Source of the DNA: Candidatus Cloacimonadales bacterium
GTDB lineage: Bacteria > Cloacimonadota > Cloacimonadia > Cloacimonadales > JAFGVF01
DNA: 64,000 bases
Assembly (NCBI GenBank): GCA_963677495.2
Contig: CAXXOU010000001.1
Location: 480,001 to 544,000, forward strand
Direction: 5' to 3'
Below the pieces are notes generated by a model. The model saw only the letters and a list, made by a program, of their open reading frames with translations. It was not told the DNA's origin and made no database searches. Within the stretch, counting starts at the first letter, position 1. The number at the start of each line of letters is the position of its first letter. This document shows, piece after piece, positions 17,007 to 26,096 of this stretch. The translations under genes were made by a program, and so were the position numbers.

Positions 17007-18004
17007 AGATACTCTATGTAGAAGATGAGCTGAAAGCAAATATCCCAAAGATTGAGAACTTGTTTAAGAAATTCCTATCAAAGCAAGATTTACAGCAATT
17101 ACGATACTTAAAAGCTCAAAGAAGAAAAACTAAGGAACAAATTAAGCAGATTGTTCAGAATTCAGGAAAAATAGATGTGGCATATACATTTCCAATGGCC
17201 TTAGGGTTACTTAGAAATTATCAGGTATATGACTTGTTTATAATTGATAGAAACTTATCTGATGAAGAATATGATTTTGAAGAGTTAACAAAAAATGACT
17301 CTAAATTCCAAGAGAAGCATTATGACCTTTTCTTTGAGAGGGAGGGTGATTACATTCTCAGCAAGCTGGTTTCTGAGAGCATAGTGGTAAGAGATAAAGT
17401 ATTCTTTCTAACAGCAAACTCAAATGATGAGCTTAAACGAACTGAGAGAATAGATTCTCTTCTTGATTTTGGACAATTTAGTAAAGCAAATATAATTGAT
17501 AAGACTGATGATGTAGAGATTGATAGATTAAAGCACTTAATTGAGAATAATGAAGAAATACGAATTAAAAAAGAGTTTGCTTTTGAAATAGAGATTTTGC
17601 GCACCATAAGTGAAAGAGCAGTTGAGTTATTCATAGAGATTATAAAGCGTAAAGAGGCAACAGATAGATCAAGTGTTGTAGAAAACCTATTAAAACTCCG
17701 CAAACTTAATGAAAATCTTCTAATAATAGTTGCTAAAAACTATATAAAAGAAAGAGGTGTTTTTAATGACTATGATGAAGTAAACATCGGTTCAGTAATC
17801 TATTGGCTTAAAAATAATGAGAAATTCAGACTAGATAGTAATGCACTAATAGTTAGTTATTTATATTGTATCAAAGCTCTTGGTAGTGAGTATGGCTCAC
17901 ATGAGAAATTAGAAGAGACAGTTCCGACTACATCTAACACTGTAAATGCATTGTTTTATGCACTTCTAGATATAATACGTTGGTTTAGTCAGTTAAAGAA
18001 TTAA
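17003..18004 (+). CDS. Atypical receiver (REC)-domain protein with helical C-terminal domain
   Basis: MKILYVEDE, YDLFIIDRNL, VFFLTAN receiver strands with long inserts; ATGA overlap with kinase stop. Confidence 0.62.
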   Translation: MKILYVEDELKANIPKIENLFKKFLSKQDLQQLRYLKAQRRKTKEQIKQIVQNSGKIDVAYTFPMALGLLRNYQVYDLFIIDRNLSDEEYDFEELTKNDSKFQEKHYDLFFEREGDYILSKLVSESIVVRDKVFFLTANSNDELKRTERIDSLLDFGQFSKANIIDKTDDVEIDRLKHLIENNEEIRIKKEFAFEIEILRTISERAVELFIEIIKRKEATDRSSVVENLLKLRKLNENLLIIVAKNYIKERGVFNDYDEVNIGSVIYWLKNNEKFRLDSNALIVSYLYCIKALGSEYGSHEKLEETVPTTSNTVNALFYALLDIIRWFSQLKN

Positions 18005-18020
18005 TTTACATTAGCAAATT

Positions 18021-18108
18021 CAGCCCATATAGGGCTGTGGCTTCATGGTTTTGTACTTTCCATGGGCTTACGCCACATGGCTATTCACATTCTGCCCTTT
18101 TCGGGCAG
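18021..18108. repeat. Triple-hairpin REP/REPIN-like element
   Basis: CAGCCC-ATATA-GGGCTG; CCATG-GGCTTACGCCA-CATGG; CTGCCC-TTTTC-GGGCAG. Confidence 0.55.
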
Positions 18109-18243
18109 TAAGAGCATTAATGCTGATTAAGTCATTTCTTTGAAGGCTTCACAGAGTGTTATTTGCGAATAGTCGCAAACTACTCCTAATATCCTCCCAA
18201 AATCTTTACTTGACTATTAACAATAGGTTTAGAAAGTCGAATA

Positions 18244-19023
18244 ATGAATAAAAGTGCGATACTGGTAGTAGATATAGGAAACTCACATGTTGTGTTAGGA
18301 TGTTATATAGACGGGATTTTGACCGCTAATTGGCGGTTACATTCCGATCGGGAGAAAACATCTGATGAGTACTATTGTCAAATCCAGACCTTTTTTTCAA
18401 CATCAATCAAAGAGGAAGTATATATCGAGAAAGTTGCTATGTCATCGGTCGTACCAGAATTGACCAGAATTTTTACCCATTTAGTACAGCGGTATTTTGA
18501 TTGTCCGCTAATAAACGTAACCGGAGTTTTACCATTAGGATTGAGCTATAGCATAGCAGATCCGTCGTTCATAGGAGCAGATTTGATAGTAAATGCTTAT
18601 TCGGCCTGGAAGAAGTATAAAACCAACTGTATTGTTTGTGATTTGGGAACAGCCACAACAGTTCAGTTCATTGATAAAGATGGTCATTTCCACGGGACAG
18701 CAATATCCCCTGGAATCAGAAGTTCTGCCACAGGTCTATTTACAAAGGCTGCACTTCTCACTAATATCCAATTGGACAAACCGGAAAGTTTATTGGGCAC
18801 AAATACTAAAGAGGCTTTGTTGTCAGGAATAATTCGAGGACATATCTACATGATAGATGGGTTCACGAAAGCAATCAGGCAGCAATTTAAGCATCTGGGT
18901 GAAATCAAATGCATAGCGACAGGCGGTATATCCAGTCTGTTGGTTGGAGAGTCGGAAGAGTTGGACATTGTTGATAAACAATTGACGCTTGATGGCTTGT
19001 ATATGATTAGCCAGGCAATCTAA
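18244..19023 (+). CDS. coaX: Type III pantothenate kinase
   Basis: VVDIGNS, SSVVP, IGADL, VCDLGTATT, ATGG motifs. Confidence 0.95.
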   Translation: MNKSAILVVDIGNSHVVLGCYIDGILTANWRLHSDREKTSDEYYCQIQTFFSTSIKEEVYIEKVAMSSVVPELTRIFTHLVQRYFDCPLINVTGVLPLGLSYSIADPSFIGADLIVNAYSAWKKYKTNCIVCDLGTATTVQFIDKDGHFHGTAISPGIRSSATGLFTKAALLTNIQLDKPESLLGTNTKEALLSGIIRGHIYMIDGFTKAIRQQFKHLGEIKCIATGGISSLLVGESEELDIVDKQLTLDGLYMISQAI

Positions 19024-19058
19024 TCTGAAAGAGAGTTAGTAAACAAATAAGGCAACAA

Positions 19059-22000
19059 ATGTATAGAAAAAGCATTCTGATAGCAGTCTTAATCCTATTT
19101 TCAGCAACACTTATCGCTGATGTATTCCCTCCGGAAATAAGACTGAACGGTTATCCCAAGATTACAGGAAACAAAGTAACATTCTTCAATATACCCAAAA
19201 CACCGATATATTCATACGAAAAACCATACATAAACAATCTTCTAAAACCTGATACTCAAATCGAAATAGACTTCGATAAAATGAAGGTTGTGTATAAAAC
19301 AACATATCGTAACGTGGAAGTTCTACCTGATCTTTATGTTAGTTTTGACGGTTATTTCGCTGAGATCTTAAAAAATACACTTACTGAAAAGATAACTAAG
19401 AATTCAATTGATTTTATTATGTCAGAAGATCGCCAAGTTGATACAGGTATTATTCCAGAAATCACTATCAAAATACCTAAAGAAGCTATCCCCAAAGGTA
19501 TGCGTTCGTTTCTTGGTGATGAGCAAGGAAAACTGAATCTTGATGGTAGCCAAAAACTTACAGTTACCGGAACTAGCACTAAACGTGAGACAAATATTGT
19601 CTATGAAGGGAAAGATAACAGTAATTTTGACCTTGAGATGAAGCAAGAGCTAGACCTCAGACTGCGTGGTAAGATCGGTAAGAAGATCTCTGTTGACCTT
19701 AAGCATAATTCAAATACCGACGAGACCCTTTTTGACCCTAATAACATACACATTGAGTATGATGGTGATGATGATGAAATTGTGCAGAAGGTTGAAGCCG
19801 GTAATATCTCACTTTCTTTATCAGGATCAAAGTATGTTTCAACAAGTATCTCCTCTCAAGGACTGTTTGGTGTTAAAGGTGAAGTACAGGTAGGTGATCT
19901 GAAAGTACAAGCAATCTTCAGTGAAGAAGAGGGTGAGAAGAATAAGCAGAAATATACGGGTAATACTCAACAGGATTCAACAACAATTTATAGTAAGAAT
20001 TATGCGAATAGGACTCACTACTTTGTAGAGCCAATGCAACGATTGTTCCAGCTCTACACTCAAGCTGATGCTGATGCAGGAACCTGTCCGCCCGGTTGGG
20101 TTAATAATGCAATTAAGACTGATAACGGTGATTGGTTACTGACTGATGGTAATCTGTTACCTCAGCCAAACTCTTTAAAAGTTTTTCTTGATGACGGTAT
20201 TGCTACTAATAATGAAGCAAATACACGAGAGGGTGACCCAATTGTAAGTGAAGATGGTCAGATATATACTCCATTTTATGAAGAGCAAGTTGAAGGTGTC
20301 GATTACTTTGTTGATTATGACGCAGGTATGATTGTTTTCCTAAAATCTATTAACAAAATATACACTATTGGTGTCAGTTATACAGACGGATATGGGCAGT
20401 TAATTCCTGCAGATTTTGATTATACGAATCCTGATGAACCCTTACATTTGAAACTTCTTCGAATTCGTAATCAGATTTATACTGATGACCCTGATAATGA
20501 GTACTCACGTTGGACATATATGGGTATGAATATCTATGACTTAGGATTGAACAACATCAAGAGTGAAGGATTTGAATTAAAAGTTTATACAAAAAATGAA
20601 GATAACACTTGGAATGAAAGATTGCCAGACTCTTTAAGTGTTGCAGGTAAAGTTACTTATGTAGATTACCTAGGTTTGAGTACAAACGGTGATATTTATG
20701 TTGATGCAAATGATAAAACAATTGATTTATCATTAGGCTATATCTACTTTCCACTGATCAAACCATTTGCCCCATTAGGTGATATCAACATATATAAGAA
20801 AGACCAAGAATATGTTCAGTCAGATGACTATAGATTTAATATGTCAGTTAAAGGGAGTATTAGTAGAGAAAGAATTAATCTAAATCAAATCAACATACTT
20901 GAAGGCTCTGTAACCGTTAAGGTGAATGGGTCAACTCTATCTGAAGGAGTTGATTATATAGTTGATTATGACATGGGAGAAATCTCTTTCTTGAACTCAA
21001 AAGCTAAAGATCCTAATGCTGAAATTGATATAGAGTATGAGTTCCGTTCCGGTTTCTCAGTAGAACGTAAGACTATGGCTGGTCTAAGAGCTGATTTAGC
21101 TATAGGTGACGTCGGTAACATTGGGTCAACATTAGTATATAAGAGTGAGAAAGTTACTGATGAGCATCCTGAAATTGGTAACGAAAACTATAACATGGTT
21201 TTAGGTGATATTGATGCAAACATCAAATTCAAGCCGGAATTTATGACTAAAATGATCGATGCTATCCCACTTGTAAAAACTACTGCAGAATCTGAAATTA
21301 GTTTAAGTGGTGAAGCTGCTTTCTCATACATTGATGTATATGGTAACAATGACACGAAGGCTAAAGAAGCCTATATTGATGATATGGAATCAGTCATTGA
21401 ACCTTATCCATTAGGAGTAACAAGACAGGTATGGAATCCTGCCAGTAAGCCTGACAATACCGACCTTGAAAAATCGAAAATAAACTGGTTCAAGCAACAG
21501 AATATTGATATGGGTGATGTTTATGATCCTGACACACTTACTGAGGAAGAGGAAAATGACGAAGTCAATGTGATGGCTATCAAAATGACACCGACTGAGG
21601 AGCCTGTAAGACATTGGGGTGGTTTAATGCGTTACATTGGTAATGAGATAGATTTCTCTGAAATGAAATACATCCAAGTGTTACTTAAAGCTGAATCAGG
21701 TGAAGTTGGATTCCCATTATCCCAAGTAAGAATGCATATTGACATTGGTGATATTAGTGAGAACTTCTATACCTATGGCGAAGTAGATGGAATCCCAATT
21801 TTACACAGAGAAGATGGAGCAAACGGTGGGTCTCTTGACGGTGATTTAGAAGTAATCGAAGACGTAGGTCTTGACGGAATACCAAATGGGCAAGAAGGCG
21901 ATGATCCTAATGATGATTTCGATAGTACTGAAGACCATTTTGAATACCCTTTTATAAACGGAACAGAGGAAAATGGTATTCTCGATACCGAAGATATGAA

Positions 22001-25000
22001 TGATGACGGAATTGTAAATACTCTGGATAGATATTTCGAATATACAGTTGAAGATATAACCGACAACTCAACCTCAGAATACTTAGAGAATGATAATAAT
22101 GGTTGGAAGTTATTCCGTATCCCTATTGATGCTAGAACTATGGTAGCACAAGTAACAGAACCTGACCTTTCCAAGATTAAATATGCAAGAATCTGGTTCG
22201 AAATAAATGAGACTACTAAAGTGAACCTTGTTGAGTTTGAAATAGTTGGGAATAAATATCTCCAACGTCCAATTTATGAAGCATACTTAAATATTGATGA
22301 GCTTGAGCAATATGCTCCAGTAGACCCATTGTTGCTAGAACAAAATGATGAATACATGCAGATTGGCATCGCAGATAACCAGAAAGATAACCATTATACA
22401 TCACCTAAGGACACATATAAAGTAGAAAAAGGTACTCAGACCTTAGAGCAATCGTTGAAACTTACTGCTAACAATATCCAAGGAAACCATATCGGTCTCG
22501 TTAGGCATAAAGAAACTCAATCATCAAATTGGCTTTCATACAACAAGCTTAAGTATTGGGTTTACCCCGAAATGGATGAAGAGATCGCTTATAATGACCC
22601 AATATACATAGTGATGCGTGCCGGAGCAGACTCTCTAAACTACTATGAAATAAGATACGAGACAAAACCCAATCGTTACTTACCAACAATGGAACGCAAT
22701 AATTGGATGGAAGTTGAAGTAGATTTTAGTGAACTCACTAAACTTAAAGCTGATAGCCCTGACAATCCTGATACAACCTTCGTAACTAAAGGGGAGTTTA
22801 CTTATATCCGATATAAGAATCCGACCCTATCTGCGATTCAGGAAATTTCTTTAGGTATAATGGTTCCTGAAGGTAATCCACAGTTTACAGGTACTGTTTA
22901 TTATGATGACATTAGGGTTGCTGATCCCTATACTGAAATGGGATTTGCTTATAGTGTGGACTTGAGAACAAAGTTTGCTGACTTCCTTGACTTTACCATA
23001 GGCTATGAACAAAAATCTGAGAACTTCCGCAAGGAAATTGTACGTAATACACAACCGTCTTATGTTGCACAAACCAACTTCGATATGACCGGTAAAATGT
23101 ATCTACATAAGTTCCTACCTTATGATTGGGGTTATAATATTCCGGTGCAAGTGACAAGAGCCCAAAACTGGGGTATTCCACGCTTCAAGGCTAACTCTGA
23201 TATTTTGAGAAAGGATTTAGCAGATAAATATCTTGATAAAGAGGAGAATAAGAGTAAATCCTATACTGCAGAAATCAACTTCTCTAAGAATGCAAGTAAA
23301 CCTAAATGGTGGACTAAATATACTCTAGACTCAACAACCTTATCAGCAAGAGTCACTTACACTGAATCAAATACACCAACAGCCATTGACACCACTTTCA
23401 CTTACAATGGAACATACACATATAATTTAAGCATTCCACGTGAGAAAATTGGTGTGAAACTGTTTAAGAACTATTATTGGTATGTGATACCTCGTTCATT
23501 TGACAATTCAATAACATTAACAGCTGATGAACCTGAGCGTTATACTTGGGATAACAACGCTGGAGATTTCTTGCCGGCACTTAACTCAAGGGATACGAAG
23601 TATATTAATACATCCAATACTGTTAACTATGACTTATTCTCGGATTTATCTTCTACCTATAGATTAACAACTAAACGTGATTTAATCTATAAGAAGTACT
23701 ATCAGGATATCAATGTTGGAGAAGAAACAGAATATAAACAGACTATCGACGTCTCTTATAATCCAAACTATTTCCCTAATGTTTATACATTTTCAATTTC
23801 ACCTCAGGCAACTTTTAATGAGACCAGAAGACTTGTAAATGGTAACACGACTAATGATGCTGATAAGGAGTATGAATTTGAGAGACTTGGCAGTGTCAAA
23901 CGCAATACAAATGTTAACTTTACACTCAAAAACTCTGATATGTTCAGTTCATTGGCTAGAAAAATAGCACAGAAATCACCAAAGCAAGACAAGAATAATA
24001 AGTCAGATGAGCCCAAAGATGATTTAGAAGAAAAGAAAGGAATAAGCAAGGAATACGAAGGCTCATCATCTCTACCGAGGGATACTGGAAAAGATAATGG
24101 AGACTTCGCTAAGAGCTTCGAAGAGTTTAAAAAAGAACTTCAAGAACAAGTTGATGCAGGCAAAATACCTAAAGACAAAATGGCAGATAAGCTTGCTAAC
24201 TTTGAGAAGGAACAAAATAAGCAAGAAAGTTCAGGAAGAAAGGCTTATGATTACAACAAACCTCGAGATGATTATAAAGGTAATAAGTCAGGACGAGGAA
24301 GCAAAAATAATGAACCTAAAAACATCTTCACATATATCTCTAAGCTAAAGAATATCTCTGTTTCATTAGATAATAATTATCAGACAGATTATAACGACTT
24401 GCAACACAGGCCCAACTTCATGTACCAACTTGGTGTACCTGATATAGTTGAAAAAGATTCTTTGAATTCCATTAAGAATAAGAATATGTTCTCTGTTAAT
24501 ACAGGTATAGAGTTAACAAGAACTATTGATATATCCACCGGTTATTCTTATACATTTGAAACTACAGAAGCGAATAGTAGCTCTCAAAGAGAAGATGTTA
24601 CTTTCCCTGATATTAGTGTAAATATTAGCGAGTTCCAGAAGTGGTTTGGCATAGAACGTGTACTTACCAGTTCTAGACTTTCTAGTAGTTATTCCTATAC
24701 TGTGAAGAAAACCGGTGATTTTGAATGGGATAAACCTAACACTGTGACAAAAGAACTTTCACTTAATCCTCTCATTAACTGGAATGGTAACTGGCTTAAA
24801 AATATTAATACAACTGCCAGCTACGGCTTTACAAACAGTAAAACCACTACAGATCGTGGTTCATTCGAATCATTGAGTGAGCGTAATAGTAATAATTTCA
24901 ATGGTTCTATCTCATATTCATTCACAGCTGCTCGTGGTCTTAAGCTCCCATTCATGAAGAAAAGAATGCGACTTAAGAATGAACTTACATCCACTTTAAA

Positions 25001-25220
25001 CTTCAGCTATATTATCGATAAAGAGGAAAATGAAGGTGATGGAAACACAGTTGTTGTAATGGACAAAACCAAGTTCACATTAACACCTACGGTGACATAT
25101 AACTTTAGTAAGAATATCAAAGGTGGATTTGATTTGCAATATTCAAACGATATGAATCATAAAACAGATGAGGCACTAAGGGTTTTCTCAACAGCTTTAT
25201 GGGTTCAAATTAAGTTTTAA
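19059..25220 (+). CDS. sprA: SprA/Sov-like outer-membrane translocon (T9SS)
   Basis: Signal peptide; GKIGKKISV, QKVEAGNISLSL, GLFGVK, EGVDYIVDYDMG, AYIDDME, EDVGLDG, WKLFRIPI; beta-barrel C-terminus ending in F; 2053 aa. Confidence 0.85.
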   Translation: MYRKSILIAVLILFSATLIADVFPPEIRLNGYPKITGNKVTFFNIPKTPIYSYEKPYINNLLKPDTQIEIDFDKMKVVYKTTYRNVEVLPDLYVSFDGYFAEILKNTLTEKITKNSIDFIMSEDRQVDTGIIPEITIKIPKEAIPKGMRSFLGDEQGKLNLDGSQKLTVTGTSTKRETNIVYEGKDNSNFDLEMKQELDLRLRGKIGKKISVDLKHNSNTDETLFDPNNIHIEYDGDDDEIVQKVEAGNISLSLSGSKYVSTSISSQGLFGVKGEVQVGDLKVQAIFSEEEGEKNKQKYTGNTQQDSTTIYSKNYANRTHYFVEPMQRLFQLYTQADADAGTCPPGWVNNAIKTDNGDWLLTDGNLLPQPNSLKVFLDDGIATNNEANTREGDPIVSEDGQIYTPFYEEQVEGVDYFVDYDAGMIVFLKSINKIYTIGVSYTDGYGQLIPADFDYTNPDEPLHLKLLRIRNQIYTDDPDNEYSRWTYMGMNIYDLGLNNIKSEGFELKVYTKNEDNTWNERLPDSLSVAGKVTYVDYLGLSTNGDIYVDANDKTIDLSLGYIYFPLIKPFAPLGDINIYKKDQEYVQSDDYRFNMSVKGSISRERINLNQINILEGSVTVKVNGSTLSEGVDYIVDYDMGEISFLNSKAKDPNAEIDIEYEFRSGFSVERKTMAGLRADLAIGDVGNIGSTLVYKSEKVTDEHPEIGNENYNMVLGDIDANIKFKPEFMTKMIDAIPLVKTTAESEISLSGEAAFSYIDVYGNNDTKAKEAYIDDMESVIEPYPLGVTRQVWNPASKPDNTDLEKSKINWFKQQNIDMGDVYDPDTLTEEEENDEVNVMAIKMTPTEEPVRHWGGLMRYIGNEIDFSEMKYIQVLLKAESGEVGFPLSQVRMHIDIGDISENFYTYGEVDGIPILHREDGANGGSLDGDLEVIEDVGLDGIPNGQEGDDPNDDFDSTEDHFEYPFINGTEENGILDTEDMNDDGIVNTLDRYFEYTVEDITDNSTSEYLENDNNGWKLFRIPIDARTMVAQVTEPDLSKIKYARIWFEINETTKVNLVEFEIVGNKYLQRPIYEAYLNIDELEQYAPVDPLLLEQNDEYMQIGIADNQKDNHYTSPKDTYKVEKGTQTLEQSLKLTANNIQGNHIGLVRHKETQSSNWLSYNKLKYWVYPEMDEEIAYNDPIYIVMRAGADSLNYYEIRYETKPNRYLPTMERNNWMEVEVDFSELTKLKADSPDNPDTTFVTKGEFTYIRYKNPTLSAIQEISLGIMVPEGNPQFTGTVYYDDIRVADPYTEMGFAYSVDLRTKFADFLDFTIGYEQKSENFRKEIVRNTQPSYVAQTNFDMTGKMYLHKFLPYDWGYNIPVQVTRAQNWGIPRFKANSDILRKDLADKYLDKEENKSKSYTAEINFSKNASKPKWWTKYTLDSTTLSARVTYTESNTPTAIDTTFTYNGTYTYNLSIPREKIGVKLFKNYYWYVIPRSFDNSITLTADEPERYTWDNNAGDFLPALNSRDTKYINTSNTVNYDLFSDLSSTYRLTTKRDLIYKKYYQDINVGEETEYKQTIDVSYNPNYFPNVYTFSISPQATFNETRRLVNGNTTNDADKEYEFERLGSVKRNTNVNFTLKNSDMFSSLARKIAQKSPKQDKNNKSDEPKDDLEEKKGISKEYEGSSSLPRDTGKDNGDFAKSFEEFKKELQEQVDAGKIPKDKMADKLANFEKEQNKQESSGRKAYDYNKPRDDYKGNKSGRGSKNNEPKNIFTYISKLKNISVSLDNNYQTDYNDLQHRPNFMYQLGVPDIVEKDSLNSIKNKNMFSVNTGIELTRTIDISTGYSYTFETTEANSSSQREDVTFPDISVNISEFQKWFGIERVLTSSRLSSSYSYTVKKTGDFEWDKPNTVTKELSLNPLINWNGNWLKNINTTASYGFTNSKTTTDRGSFESLSERNSNNFNGSISYSFTAARGLKLPFMKKRMRLKNELTSTLNFSYIIDKEENEGDGNTVVVMDKTKFTLTPTVTYNFSKNIKGGFDLQYSNDMNHKTDEALRVFSTALWVQIKF

Positions 25221-25265
25221 TTAAGTACAAATAATGCAGGTGTAATCCTGTGTATAAAGGACATT

Positions 25266-26057
25266 GTGTTTTCATTATCAAGCGTAAACCATAAGTTTAG
25301 TATCATAATTATTGCATTTGTTATACAGATCTCTTTTCTGCAAGCTAACTCAAAATCTTGTCGGGAAATTTCATTAAAATCTAAGTTTCTAAATGAAGAA
25401 AGAAAAGTATTCATACATCTACCAGCATCTTATGATGATTCCAATAAGGAATATATAACATTATATCGATTAGATGGAAGAGAAGACTTTGACTATTCTG
25501 TCCCATTAATTGACTATCTTTCAAGGTGGAAAGAAATCCCTGAGTTGATAATTGTTTCAATTCCACATAAGAATAGATTTTCTGATCTATCATTCAACAA
25601 AGATCCTTATGTTGAACATGAATGTAATGCACCAAAGTTTACTTCTTTTATTATGGAAGAATTAGCTCCATATGTAGATAATAAATTCAGGACTAATGGA
25701 GAAAAAGCAATTTTCGGGCATTCGCTTGGCTCTATGTTTGTCTTGAATAATTATTTTAACAACAACGGCTTTTTCAATTATTATATCGCTGCAGGTCCTA
25801 ACTTCGCACGAGAGACTTTTTTACTACCCCAAATTAAAGAAATCCTTGAATCCTCTAATGATTTTAAAGGTAAGGTATTTATTAGCAAAGAACCTTATGT
25901 TTCCACTAAAGATAGAAGTGAGTATGAAAAGTTTATTGCTCTGCTAGATAATAACTCTAACCTTGTTTATAGTCAAGAGTATATGGGAAATGATAGCCAT
26001 ATATCGATGGCTCCCAAAAGTCTTATTAGTGGATTACGCTGGTTATTTAAGAGGTAG
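25266..26057 (+). CDS. Alpha/beta-hydrolase esterase (IroE/Fes-like)
   Basis: IHLPASY, YRLDG, GHSLG nucleophile elbow, C-terminal DSH. Confidence 0.85.
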   Translation: MFSLSSVNHKFSIIIIAFVIQISFLQANSKSCREISLKSKFLNEERKVFIHLPASYDDSNKEYITLYRLDGREDFDYSVPLIDYLSRWKEIPELIIVSIPHKNRFSDLSFNKDPYVEHECNAPKFTSFIMEELAPYVDNKFRTNGEKAIFGHSLGSMFVLNNYFNNNGFFNYYIAAGPNFARETFLLPQIKEILESSNDFKGKVFISKEPYVSTKDRSEYEKFIALLDNNSNLVYSQEYMGNDSHISMAPKSLISGLRWLFKR

Positions 26058-26096
26058 TGTTTTATATTTCATCAATTCCTAGAGATATCATCAACA

